From positions 66,280,001 through 66,344,000 of the forward strand of contig NC_086108.1 of NCBI RefSeq assembly GCF_963921235.1: a DNA stretch of 64,000 bases. The letters run 5' to 3'. The DNA comes from Mobula hypostoma (lineage: Eukaryota). The notes beneath the pieces were generated by a model that saw nothing but the letters and a program-made list of their open reading frames with translations, was not told where the DNA came from and did not search any database. The position numbers and the translations under genes are program-made. Shown piece by piece: positions 25,346 to 38,170 of the stretch; the first letter of the stretch is position 1, and each line of letters begins with the position of its first letter.

Positions 25346-28300
25346 GTGTCTAAGAGAGGCGAGAGTGGATATCGAATCGTTGGAAAGTGACACTGGAGAG
25401 ATAGCAATTGGGGATGAACTTAATAAGTACTCTGTTTCAGTCTTCACTGCGGAAGACACTAGCAGAATGCCAGAAACTTGAGAGTGTCAGGGGGCAGAAG
25501 TGAGTGCAGTAGCTATCACTAAAGGAGAAGGTGCTTTGGAAACTGAAAGGTCTGAAGGTAAATGAGTCACCTGGATCAGATAGACTACACCCAAGGGTTC
25601 TGAATGATGTAGCTGAAGAGACTGTAGAGGCACGAGTAATGATCTTTCAAGATTCACTAGATTCTGGAATGTTTCCACAGGACTAGAAAATTGCAAATGC
25701 CACTCTAGTATTTAAGAGGGAGAGTGGCAGGAGAGAGGAAATTATAGGTCAGTTAGCCAGACATCAGTGGTTGGGAAGAATTTGGAGTCCATTATTAAGG
25801 ATGAGATTTTGGGATACTTGGAGGCACATGATGAAATGGGCCAATGTCAGTGTGGTTTCCCTCAGGGGAAATCTTGCCTGACAAATCTGTTAAAACTCTT
25901 AGAGGAAATAATAGGCAAGGTAGACAAAGGAGAGTCAGAGGATGTGGTTTATTTAGATTTTCTGAAGACCTTTGACAAGGTGCTGCACATGAGTCTGCTT
26001 AAGAAAAGGGCCTATGGTATTACAGGAAAGATACCAGCATGCACAGAGTATTGGTTGACTGGCAGGAGGCAAAGAGTGGGAATAAAGAGTGTCTTTTCTG
26101 GTCGGTTGCTGGTCTCTACTGGAGTTCCACAGAGGTCGATATAGGGACCATTTCTTTTCACATCATATGATAATATAGGAAGTGAAGTTAGGTAAATTGA
26201 AGGGATTAAAGGCAGATAAATCCCTAGGTCCAGATGGTCTGCATCCCAGAGTGCTTAAGGAAGTAGCCCAAGAAATAGTAGATGCATTAGTGATAATTTT
26301 TCAAAACTGTTTAGATTCTGGACTAGTTCCTGAGGATTGGAGGGTGGCTAATGTAACCTCACTTTTTAAAAAAGGAGGGAGAGAGAAACCGAGGAATTAT
26401 AGACCGGTTAGCCTAACATCAGTGGTGGGGAAAATGCTAGAGTCAGTTATCAAAGATGTGATAACAGTATATTTGGAAAGTGGTGAAATCATCGGACAAA
26501 GTCAGCATGGATTTGTGAAAGGAAAATCTCATAGAATTTTTTGAAGATGTAACTAGTAGAGTGGATAGGGGAGAACCAGTGGATGTGATATATTTGGATT
26601 TTCAAAAAGCTTTTGACAAGGTCCCACACAGGAGATTAGTGTGCAAACTTAAAGCACACGGTATTGGGGGTAAGGTATTGATGTGGATAGAGAATTGGTT
26701 GGCAGACAGGAAGCAAAGAGTGGGAATAAACGGGACCTTTTCAGAATGGCAGGCAGTGACTAGTGGGGTACCGCAAGGCTCAGTGCCGGGACCCCAGTTG
26801 TTTACAATATATATTACTGACTTAGATGAGGGAATTAAATGCAGCATCTCCAAGTTTGTGGATGACACGAAGCTGGGCGGCAGTGTTAGCTGTGAGGAGG
26901 ATGGTAAGAGGATGCAGGGTGACTTGGATAGGTTAGGTGAGTGGGCAAATTCATGGCAGATGCAATTTAATGTGGATAAATGTGAGGTTATCCACTTTGG
27001 TGGCAAACACAGGAAAACAGATTATTATCTGAATGGTGGCCGATTAGGAAAAGGGGAGGTGCAACGAGACCTGGGTGTCATTATACACCAGTCATTGAAA
27101 GTGGGCATGCAGGTACAGCAGGCGGTGAAAAAGGCAAATGGTATGCTGGCATTTATAGCAAGAGGATTCGAGTACAGGAGCAGGGAGGTACTACTGCAGT
27201 TATACAAGGCCTTGGTGAGACCACACCTGGAGTATTGTGTGCAGTTTTGGTCCCCTAATCTGAGGAAAGACATCCTTGCCATAGAGGGAGTACAAAGAAG
27301 GTTCACCAGATTGATTCCTGGGATGGCAGGACTTTCATATGATGAAAGACTGGATCAACTAGGCTTATACTGATTGGAATTTAGAAGATTGAGGGGGGAT
27401 CTTATTGAATCATATAAAATCCTAAAGGGATTGGACAGGCTAGATGCAGGAAGATTGTTCCTGATGTCGGGGAAGTCCAGAATGAGGGGTCACAGTTTGA
27501 GGATAAAGGGGAAGCCTTTTAGGACCGAGATTAGGAAAAACTTCTTCACACAGAGTGGTGAATCTGTGGAATTCTCTGCCACAGGAAACAGTTGAGGCCA
27601 GTTCATTGGCTATACTTAAGAGGGAGTTAGATATGGCCCTTGTGGCTAAAGGGATCAGGGGGTATGGAGGGAAGGCTGGTACAGGGTTCTGAGTTGGATG
27701 ATCAGCCATGATCATACTGAATGGCGGTGCAGGCTCAAAGGGCCGAATGGCCTACTCCTGCACCTATTTTCTATGTTTCTATGTTTCTAATGATTTAGAT
27801 GACAGAACTGATGGTTTTGTAGCCAAGTTTGCGGATGATACAAAGGGACAGGTAGTGTTGAGCAAGCAGGGAGTTTGCAGAAGGATTAAGACAGATTGGC
27901 AAAGAAATGGCAGAAGGAATATAATGTAGGTAAGAGTATGGTCATGCACTTTGCTAAAAGGAATAAAGATATAGACTATTTTCTAAACAGGGAGTAAGTT
28001 CAAAATTCAGAGGTGCAAAAGGATTTGGGAGTCCTTGCACATGATTCCCTGAAGTTTAGCTTGCAGGCTGAGTCAATGGTGAGGAAAGCAAATACAATGT
28101 TAGCATCTACTTTGAGAGGACGAGAATATAAGAGCACGGCTATGATGCTGCATCTTTGTAAGGCATTGATCAGACCGTACCTGGAGTACTGTAAGGAATT
28201 TTCAGCCCCTTATCCAAGAAAGGATGTACTGGCATTGGAGAAGGTCCAGAAGATGTTCCCGAGAATGATTCTGGGAAGGAACGGGTAGGTAATGTATGAG

Positions 28301-28740
28301 TGCTTGATGCATTTGAGTCTGTACTCACCTGAGTTTAGATGAATGGGGGGGGGGGGAGAAGAGAGTGGTGGCTGTCTCATTGAAACCTATTAAGTATTGA
28401 ATGGCCTCAATAGAGTGGATGTGGAGAGGCTGTTCCCTAAAGTGAGAGAGTCTAGTACCAGAGGGCACAGCTTCAGAATCGAGGTACATCCATTTAGATC
28501 AGAGATGAGGAAACATTTCTTTTGCCAGAGGGTGGCAAATCTGTGGAATTCATTGCTACAGATGTTGTGAAGGCCAAGTAATATTTAAGATGGATGTTGA
28601 TAGGTTCCAGATTAGTCACGTTATGGAGAGAAGGCAGGAGAATAGGTTTGAGATGGATTATAGATCTGCTATGATGGAATGATGGAGCAGAGTTGATCGG
28701 CCAAATGGCCCAATTCTGCTCCTCAGTCTTTTAGTCTTAT
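25345..28740 (+). mobile_element. Older CR1 LINE split by a younger CR1 (pieces 25345-26172 and 27788-28740)
   Basis: RT motifs continue across the insertion (GVPQRS...NDLDDRTDGFVAKFADDTK). Confidence 0.88.
26175..27787 (+). mobile_element. Younger CR1 LINE nested in CR1
   Basis: 270-aa RT ORF 26561-27373; (TTTCTATG)n tail at ~27768-27787. Confidence 0.95.
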
Positions 28741-28789
28741 ATTCCCCTTTTAAAACAGAATACCTAAAAAAAATGTCTACCAGGTAATC

Positions 28790-29470
28790 TTGTTGAATTG
28801 AATTGACTTTATTTCTTATATCCTTCAAATACGTGAGGATTAAAAATTTTTACATCATGTCTCCGTCTGAATGTGCAAATTATAGTAATTTGTAATAAAA
28901 AGTATTTACAGTAAGATATACAACAGAATGGTCAAGGTAGCTTATAAATACAATTGTGTCAGCATGAATTAATCAGTCTGATGGCCTGGTGGAAGAAGCT
29001 GTCCCAGAGCCTGTTGTTCCTGGCTTTAATGCTGTGATACTGTTTCCTGGATAGCAGCAGCTGGAACAGTTTGTGGTTGGGTGACTTAGGTCCCCAATGA
29101 TGCATTGGGGCCCTTTTTACACATCTGTCTTTGTAAATTTCCTGAATAGTGGGAAGATCACTTCTACAGATGCACTGGGCTGTCCACACCACTCTCTGCA
29201 GAGACTTGCAATTCAGGGAGGTACAGTTCCCATACCAGGCAATGATACAGCCAGTCAGGATGCACTCAATTGTGCTGCTGTAGAAGTCCTTAGGATTTGG
29301 GGACTCATGCTGAACTTCTTCAACTGTCTAAGGTGAAAGAGGCACTGTTGTATATTTTTCCCCACACCCCTGGTCTGTACAGACCACATGAGATCCTCAG
29401 TGATGTGTATACCAAGGAACTTGAAGCTGTTCACCCTCTCAGCCCTAGATCCATTGATGTCAATAGGTGT
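28790..29470 (-). mobile_element. Rex1/Babar-like LINE 3' fragment
   Basis: HKLFQLLLSRKQYHSIKARNNRLWDSFFHQAIRLIN, a typical Rex1-type ORF C-terminus; AATAAA plus short-repeat tail. Confidence 0.8.
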
Positions 29471-30095
29471 TCCATGCAGACGTCAGAATACAGTGCCTGC
29501 CTTGGGATTTGAGCCTCAGGCACGTGACAGACATGACATACCAAACATATAGTAGCTGACTGAGTGTAGTTGAAATGCCACTAACTGGGATATCAGTCTG
29601 GAAGAGGATGTTGAATCTGTTTGTTCTTCCAGTAATTTAAAACAATTTTGTAGAGATAACTTAAGTATTATTTTTCCAGTGCCTGATACCTGCTGTAAGC
29701 AGAGTCTTGGAATGATGCAAATACAACATGCACATACATACACGATGTGGTGACTGTCAATAAATTTGGGAGAAGATGAAAGATAATGAGAACATAGAGA
29801 AATGGGAATGAATTGTTATTTCTTTTGCCTTACAAAGTTTCAGATCTTGAAACATATAACATATTTACACATTAATCCAGTGTTGTACTTACTTCCTATT
29901 TACCACAGGTTGCTTTATTTCCACCTGACCTTCTTTAGCTAGGGTACTGAAATGTCAAGAGGACTTTGTGACTGTTCATAGTTCAGGGACACAGCTACCT
30001 CCCTTTGTCAGAGGGAAAGAAAGACTAAGGCCCTTCATGAACACCCTCCATAACCTCAGGATGTCTCAGAGGAATTTGCAATTGAACGTTTTTTC

Positions 30096-30842
30096 TTTCT
30101 CTCTTTTTAAATCTTTTTATTGAATTAGTACACAAAAGGTAAACCACGTAAACACTAATACACTGTTGCAACATAAATTTACGAGATATTAATACACAAA
30201 AAGTTAGCATAAACAGTGCAGTTTAGATATAAAATAACAAGGTAATAGTATATTAATTTTCCATACATATCAATAAAGAGAAAAAACCCAACCCCCCCCT
30301 GAAAAAAACCCCACCGTGCAACTAATCTAAAAAGCAAGGCAAAGCAATGGGCTAACTAGGTATCAAGTAGACTGAAACAACTTAAAACTATCACGTCCTC
30401 AAACCCGACCTCCATTAAAAACAGTTAAAAAGCAAGAAGGGAATGTAAATATGGGGAAAGAGAAAAAAATTACATTAAATGAAAATGTTGAAGATCTCCA
30501 GGTCTGTTCAAATTTAACTGAAGTACCATAAAGATTACTTCTGATTTTCTCCAAATTTAAACATAGTATCATCTGAGAAAACCAAAAGAACGTAATTGGG
30601 GCATTAATCTCCTTCAAATGTTGTAAAATACATCTTTTCACCATTAAAGTAAGAAATGCAATCATTCTATGGGCTGAAGGGGAAAGATTACTGGAAATTT
30701 TAGGTAATCCAAAGAAAGCAGTAATAGGATGGGGAGAAATATCTATATTCAATACCTTTGAAATAATATTACAAATGTCTTTCCAAAAGGTTTCCAAAGT
30801 AGGACAGGACCAAAACATGAGTTAAGGAAGCTATCTCCCCGT
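30096..30842 (-). mobile_element. L1-clade LINE 3' fragment with 14-bp TSD
   Basis: HMFWSCP..FW...LEKIR ORF2 C-terminus, A-rich tail; ttgaacgttttttc at 30082-30095 and 30843-30856. Confidence 0.9.
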
Positions 30843-31227
30843 TTGAACGTTTTTTCAAAAAAGTGTTATAATTCAGAAAATACTTCAGCCACGTTGTGCA
30901 CACCAAAGCCTCAGAGAGAAATGTGATCATGGGGAGGCAATCCATTTTAATGATGTAGATTAAAAAGGGGCTGAAACAGAACTCTCAAATAGAAAATTTA
31001 AAAATTGCATCCTAAGCAATAACAGGTGAACTTGAATAGCAATGGTTGACCTAGGAATTAAACTTATGGGCCAAAGCATTTAGTTTAATCTTAATATCAC
31101 TACCTAAAATTCAGTGATTATGCAATACTTCATGAAGCTTCTAACTTAGTGGTGGTGTATGTTTCTGTAATTGAAGAATGTGTATGCATTAATATTGACC
31201 AAATGTTTTAGCTATTCTCCAGAAAAA

Positions 31228-31381
31228 CTGGTCAACCTTCACTAATCCGGCACTATTGGGATTTGAGGAGTGCTGGATTAGTGAAAATGCCGAATTACAG
31301 AAGGATCACATTAAGCATAATGAGTGCTGGATTATCGAAGGAACCGGATTAGAGGTAGTCAGATTAGTGAAGGTTGACCTG
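31228..31381. mobile_element. Tc1/mariner-superfamily (pogo/Tigger-like) MITE
   Basis: TIR c(a/t)ggtcaaccttcactaatc at both ends, TA on the right flank, internal ggatta repeats. Confidence 0.8.
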
Positions 31382-31798
31382 TATTTAAATTTTGAATACA
31401 TAATTTGATGAAATTGCCTAAAATTATACTGTATAGTATAATTTCTTGCAGTTTTGTGTTCCTTTGTTAATGCTTCCATTATTGTAACCCATTTATTGTA
31501 AATAGTTTCAAACCAAAATGACAGCCATTTCTTTCACAAATGCTGTTTGATCCATTGAATACTTCCAGCAATTTGTATCTTGCGTCTTCAAAGATTGCAA
31601 AGTGGAAAGAGTTTTTCAGCATACAGGAAGGTCTGACATGTTATTCAAGGTATCAATTGATTTTCTTTTAAAAAATGGTCATCAAGAAGCCAAGCTATTT
31701 CACTTTCATGTTGCATGCATGTACATACATGCATATACACATAAGCTATTGACACAGGCTTGAGGAAGGTCAGTTGTAGGATTTTCTGGTGTATAACT

Positions 31799-32354
31799 TT
31801 AGTCATAGTCATACTTTATTAATCCCAGGGGAAATTGGTTTTTGTTACAGTTACTCCATAAATAATAAATAGTAATAGAACCATAAATAGTTAAGTAATA
31901 TGTAAGTTATGCCAGTAAATTATGAAATAAGTCCAGGACCAGCCTATTGGCTCAGGGTGGCTGACCCTCCAAGGGAGGAGCTGTAAAGTTTGATGGCCGC
32001 AGACAGGAATGACTTCCTATGACGCTCAGTTCTGCATCTCGGAGGAATGAGTCTTTGGCTGAATGTACTCCTGTGCCCACCCAGTACATTATGTAGTGGA
32101 TGGGAGACATTAACCAAGATGGCATGCAACTTAGACAGCATCCTCTTTTCAGACACTGTGAGAGAGTCCAGTTCCATCCCCACAACATCACTGGCCTTAT
32201 GAATAAGTTTGCTGATTCTGTTGGTGTCTGCTACCATCAGCCTGCTGCCCCAGCACACAACAGCAAACATGATAGCACTGGCCACCACAGACTCGTAGAA
32301 CATCCTCAGCATCATCTGGCAGATGTTAAAGGACCTCAATCTTCTCAGGAAATA
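31799..32354 (-). mobile_element. Rex1/Babar LINE 3' fragment (young family)
   Basis: YFLRRLRSFNIC...FYESVVAS...SFL.AAIKLY; (AGTCAT)n tail; near-identical to 44726 and 59306 copies. Confidence 0.92.
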
Positions 32355-32855
32355 TGAAATGCAAGATAGCTCTCTGAAATTCTCATCTTCCAAATTTGTT
32401 ATGCCTACTCTGGAAGGATACCTGCAGCAGACCTGTGGAAGCACTGCTGCCTCCAGAATCTCCTCCAAATCATTCAACACCCTGAGGTAGAAATATTTTT
32501 ATTATTCCTTCATCTTCATTCTGCCAGATTCTTGGAAGTCCTCATCAAACAACCTGTAGGAGTATCACACAGACTGCTATGGTTCATGGAAGCAACTCAC
32601 TGCAAATCAGTTTAAGTGATTTAAGGATGGAGCAGAAATTTTCAGTGGGGTCTGAATTCCACAATTAAGTTAAATAAAAACATCCTTCACTTTATCACCA
32701 TGTAAAAGTAAAATATTGCATGTTTGATATTTGAAATATAGCAGTAAATATTGGAATTAGTCATCAGTATTATGCATTTTCATCACAAAGTAGTTACAGT
32801 GCATATTTTTATTCAATGGCATATGATGAAAACAGGAAGATACTCTTGGAAATTT

Positions 32856-33082
32856 AAATGCAAGAGATTCTGCAGATGCTGGAAATCCAGAGTAACACAC
32901 AGGAAATTCTGGAGGTACTCAGCAGGTCAGGCAGCATCTGGAGGGAAGTAAACAGTCAATGTTTCAGTTTGAAAACTGTCATCAGCACTTGAAGGGTTTC
33001 AGCCCAAATTGTCGACCGTTTCTCCTTCTCCACAGATGCTGCCTGATCTGTTGACTTCCTCCAGCATTTTGTGTGTTACTCT
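32856..33082 (-). mobile_element. Fold-back PLE-derived element
   Basis: agagtaacacaca...caggcagcatctg mirrored by cagatgctgcctg...tgtgtgttactct. Confidence 0.85.
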
Positions 33083-35937
33083 ATGTTACTTAATATTTTT
33101 TTTGTTTTGAAAATAGAACAAAAATGAGGTAATAATGAAATGAGAATGAACTATTTAGAAAAATACCTTGGTTATTTACTCAATTAGGATCCAGAGGGAT
33201 GACAACAAAATGCAGTGGAGGTTGAATCAATAACCCCAGTAGCATCCCCTACTCAGTAATCTGAAAAAATGTTATTGGAGAGGAACACGATAAGGGTTTT
33301 CTTTTCTCTACTTGGAACATAAATAAATCTCTACGTGGTGGAATCTTCAAGTGCTCCATGGGGCAGGTTGGTTGGTAGTTTGTGACATGCTCTGTTCATT
33401 CTGATTGTGCAGGGCCTCATTACATGGACAATGTTCTCAAAACCATCCCAAATCCTTCACATTGATCAATGTGGGACAGTGATTCCTGTTCAGTGGGGAT
33501 GGTGCATTTCTTGATAGAGAAGTTGAGCACTTTTTTGTCTGTCCCTAGGTAGTCTGTTCCCATGACAGAGCTCAGAGTAGGGAGTCTGTTTTGGGAATCT
33601 AGGGCACATGAAACAGATGCCCTTTGCAGTTTTGGTGGCTGCATAATGAGGGCTTTGCACAACCCAGATCTGGTTGCTTTGTCACTAACTTCCTATTACC
33701 TTACCATCTCAAATTTTTTCATCTATATGTTGTATCCTAGCAACATAATCTGAGAAGTATGTCTAATTGCCCACAAAGCAGACAGCATTGACCTGTACAT
33801 TGCTGATACATTGTTTGATTTTCCACTGTTTCTTCATGGCTGGAGCATTGGTTTATCTTTAATCTGTAAATTTGCTGAATTAGCTCAAAATGTTGATGAA
33901 GATCTCAGATCTTCAATACTACACCGAGATGGAGAGCAGTAGGTAAATGCACTCCTTAGACACGTACATTCATACACACACAAGCATTGCCTTGTCATTC
34001 TGCTGTCATTGTGCTGAGAGCACGCACTCCAATGTCTTCCCCGTTATATCCTCATAATGGGTCCTAAACCAAACTGATGTGCTCAGGCTGGCTTTTGGTG
34101 ACTTTCCTGCCATGCATAGCAGAAGATTCCATTTCTTTAGTAATGGTGATGTGTAAATGTTGCTTGTATACTGTATTTAAAGTAGATACTTCTATTTATT
34201 TTGTAATATGATTGTAACTACATTATGGGGTGCAACATATACTAATGCATGTGTAGTTTTAAGTTAACTTTGTTGGTAATTAAAGATGAGTTGTCCTAGT
34301 GGCTAAAAAGAGGGGTGGATTGCCCTCAGTATTAGTGCCAGGAGTTCACACTGGACAAAAATAAGTAGTGAGGTTTTACCGTGTTTTTCTGGTAGATATC
34401 TTTTGTAAATATTGACAGTTTTCTTTTCACCATTTTCACTAATTTTTGTACGTTTGATTTTTGACACACCTAATAAACACCCTTGCACAAAAGTGTTGAG
34501 CGATCCCAGTCATGTCTTTCTTTTGTCATTACCCACATATCTAATATACATAGACACTGTTTTTATTTCCTTCTTTATAAGTTGTCATTCTTCTTCTCTC
34601 AGAATGGAATAAGTGCACAACAGAGCAGAAAATCTAAGACACAGAGCTTCTGGTATATTCAAGAGGAGCACCTTAACTTGCCTCTTCAGAATGGGATCTA
34701 TCCTGACCAGACACAAATCTAGATTCCTCAAATCCCAAAAATCATATGACTTGAGAATTTTTGAACTGCCTACATAGTGTTACTGATCAATATTATTAAT
34801 AAATCCCCACACTCTCTTAGATTGTACATTTGCAATGGTAAGCTATCTATTACAGGTCATGTTCAGTAGAACATATGCTTCATGATCTGGTTCTGAGCTT
34901 TCTGGGTGATTCATTTAAAAACATTTTTGATTTTTCAGCATTGTATTTTCAATCTCTTGTGAAGTGTAATCACAGACTGGGTCAACTGTACTCTCTGTAG
35001 CCTCAAGAGACAAACTAATATCCCAGACAGCTGTTTTTACTGGAGTTTTAGCTTTCAAAAACATTTATTTGAATGCTGAAACCACCTTGAATCAGAATTG
35101 GGTCAATGATGTTACTGTCAGTTTGGAACTCATTGCACTTTGAGTGCCAATAGAAACTTACAGCAATCTCACATGTAACATTTGTTTTACTTCACTTTCC
35201 TCAGTCATTATAATTATACTAATCCTGACATATCTAAACAGCAATACCCTATCTTAAATGTTTCTCCTAGAACTACTATTATATGTTGGCTGAGCCAGTA
35301 AATGCATATGGGAAATTAAGTTGTAGGTCAGGGATTTCCTTGGAGCTGTTCCCAATTCCCTTTTATATCCGGCAGCAATATGGTAGAAAACCCCAACTGG
35401 ACACTCAACCATGTTTCCATTATAAACATAAAGCAGGAGAGCAGGAGCAGCCTCTAGGTAATTTCTGACAACATGCACCAGAAAGCCCTCAGCCTTGATG
35501 CTCATAATATACTTACACAATTTGTCTTAATAGGTGGGAGGCTTTAGTTTTCCCAAAGGCTCTTCAGATGTGGGTTGGGGGAGGTAGTGTTTAACCTACT
35601 GATTTGGAGTCTTGATTCATTCTGGACAGTGCATGCATACGGATGTGGAGGAAGAGGTCAGCTTCAGTGCTAAACATAATATTGGAAAACTCACAGGCCA
35701 AGCAGCCACATCGGTCAGCCTCTGGCATCTGTGGGACTGTCCCATCATAAGAATTTAACACCCTCAGGAGAAAGGCAGGGAAAGATTGTCAAAAAGACAT
35801 GATGTGCGATTTTAAGCTTGTGTCTGACTGAAAATCAAAAGTAAAAACTACAGTCATTCAGCGTGTCAAGCAGCTTCTGCAGAAAGAAAAATATGAAATG
35901 TTAATTTTTTCTCCTCCACATGTATGCTACCTGACCT

Positions 35938-36200
35938 GTTCAAGGTTCAGAGGTCGAAGTAAATTTATTATCAAAGTATGCATACAAAACCACACACTAC
36001 CTGGAGATGTATTTTCATAAACACATTTACAGGTAAATAAAGAAACACAAATGAATTTATGCAAAACTCTCCATAGCAAAGACTGACAAACAACTAATCT
36101 GCAAAAGAGGATAAATCATGCAAAAATAAATCAAAAATCAATAAATAAATAATACTGAGAACAAGAGTTGTAGAGTCCTTGAAAGTGAGTCTTTATGTTG
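35938..36200 (-). repeat. Interspersed repeat 3' end shared with 52535-52700
   Basis: tttattatcaaagta(t/c)...gagat...ttt...aaagaaa.acaa is shared between the two loci. Confidence 0.55.
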
Positions 36201-37689
36201 GGTTGGCTGCTTATAGTATTTTCTGCTTCTGTGTCAGGTCTAGTTCTTAGTTAAAACCATTGTGTAGACTGAAAGAAAGGAAATAAAGAAATCAGCCAAA
36301 GTCTTCAGTTCAACCAGGTTTACATTTCCTACTCGTCAATAACAGGCGACTGTTTGAGATGCCCCGGGATGCTTTTATCTTTCTTGGAGGACAAATGATT
36401 GATAATAGCCCTTTAAACAATGATCCTAGAGAAATCAATGGAACTGTGAACATTAATATGCTGGATAAAACAGATGAATCTAATGTTACAAAATATCAAT
36501 TTGAGAATAATATATCAATAATTGTGGGAACTGTTCTTCCCCTAGTATACCTATTTGTCCTGAGAGTTACTACAGCTTTGTAATTCCAGCCACAAATGAT
36601 TCCACAATAGAATGTGAAGAGCCTATTAAAGTAATTTACTAATTTCTGGCAGGACCAAGTGCTTTCCTGTCTGTTCGGGCAAGTTCAGGTGGGGAATGAT
36701 GGCAAGGGAGAAGCTGAGAGAAAGCAGTATCTGGCATTTACAGGGGCATGATCACACATCACCACCAACTTCTGTGACAGAATCTATTAGTTTCTTTCTC
36801 TTCCAGAGGAATTATATTTGGAGGTGTGTCCAAATTAACAAATTATTTGGTGATCCTCTTTAGCATTTAGTTTTCCTCTTATTCCTGATGGAGGACATCA
36901 CTTTTGCAGAGTAAATGTAGAGGTACAGCAGCAAAGAAAATTTTGCATTTAGTTTTGAACTCTCTTTAAACTAATTTAAGTCCCAAAGAGACTTAAATTT
37001 TTCAATCAAACCCACCATTCTCCAAGAGTTTTACAATCCCCACCCTCCCACACTTACATTCCTATCCCAAATTGGATAATTTTCCAATCCCATCCCCCAG
37101 GTATTTTTTTCAAACCCTATTTAATCAGGTTCTTTTCTCAGGCCACTCTTACTCAGGTATATTTTCAAAATCTCCCCACTCAGTTTTTCCAATTAGTTTC
37201 CACTGAGGTGGTGTTCCAAACCTCAGAGGGAGACAATTTCCCAATGCTTTCTTCTACAATATTTTCACCTTAACCTAAACAATGTTCCTTCTTTTCTGCT
37301 TTGCCTACTCCCAGTTCCTCTTCTGCCTTTACCATCCCCCATCCTCTTCAATTCCCATTGTTCCTTTTTCCTTCCTATGCGCTTACTCTTCCTAAAAATG
37401 GTGTTACAATCTACAATCATTGATCTATTACAATCAATATAATATTATTGAACTTGATTAAATATATTTTATATGTGGAGCACTAATAGTAGATATCTGG
37501 AAATTTCAGGTCCTTTGTGCTTATGATGTCCAGACACAGGCAAGTTACAATCATTTAGAATAATATCAAGCTTGTGTAAATTTCCCAAAATCTTCTGTAT
37601 GTATGAAGCTTATAAACTGCATAGAATTCACACACAAGGCTGTAATTGAAGTGTTTAGTGCTGCTATATCCAAGGTTGAGCAAGCTTGA

Positions 37690-38170
37690 ACTTGTCATAG
37701 CATCATGGAAACAGGCCCTTTGACACAACTGCTTCATGTGACCACAGCACGCTCCCTGCTAGTTCCATTTGCCCAACTTCAGCCCATAACCTTCCAAGCC
37801 CTTCCTCTCTACATAACTAGCAAATCTTCTTAAATATTGCAATTTCACCCACCTCACAAACAAGAGAAAATCTGCAGGTGCTGGATATATGAGCAATACA
37901 CGGAAAATGTTGAAGGACCTCAGTAGGCCAGGTAGTATCTATGGAAAAAGGTACAGTTGGTGTTTCGGGCTGAAGCCTTGTCATAGCGTTTTCCATAGAT
38001 ACTGCCTGGCCTGCTGAGTTCCTCCAGAACTTTGAGAGTGTTTCACCCACCTCAAACACTTCCTTCCAGCTCATTTTAGGTAGTCACTACCCTCACTGTA
38101 AAGAAGTTACTTCTCGGGTCACTTTTAAATCTCTTATCTTTTATCTGTTCCCTCTAATCTTGGTCTATTG
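37690..38170 (-). mobile_element. Old CR1 3' tail hosting a fold-back PLE derivative
   Basis: gcatcatggaaacaggccctt...cttcttaaat...cactaccctc, homologous to the reverse of the CR1 end at 22650-22900. Confidence 0.65.
37857..38040 (-). mobile_element. Fold-back PLE-derived element with 14-bp TSD
   Basis: tttcacccacctca at 37843-37856 and 38041-38054; inverted arms ctcagtaggccaggtagtatctatggaaaa / ttttccatagatactgcctggcctgctgag. Confidence 0.88.

Noticed and set aside
31944..32480. Apparent novel N-terminus fused to a Rex1 ORF
   Set aside because: The frame simply stays open into flanking DNA beyond the 5' truncation at ~32354.
33883..33947. Possible 59-bp exon (ag...AG|gtaaat)
   Set aside because: Weak acceptor and unrecognisable peptide.
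36359..36583. 74-aa ORF with three N-x-S/T sequons and a hydrophobic C-terminus
   Set aside because: No recognisable homology and no convincing splice sites; compatible with chance in AT-rich DNA.
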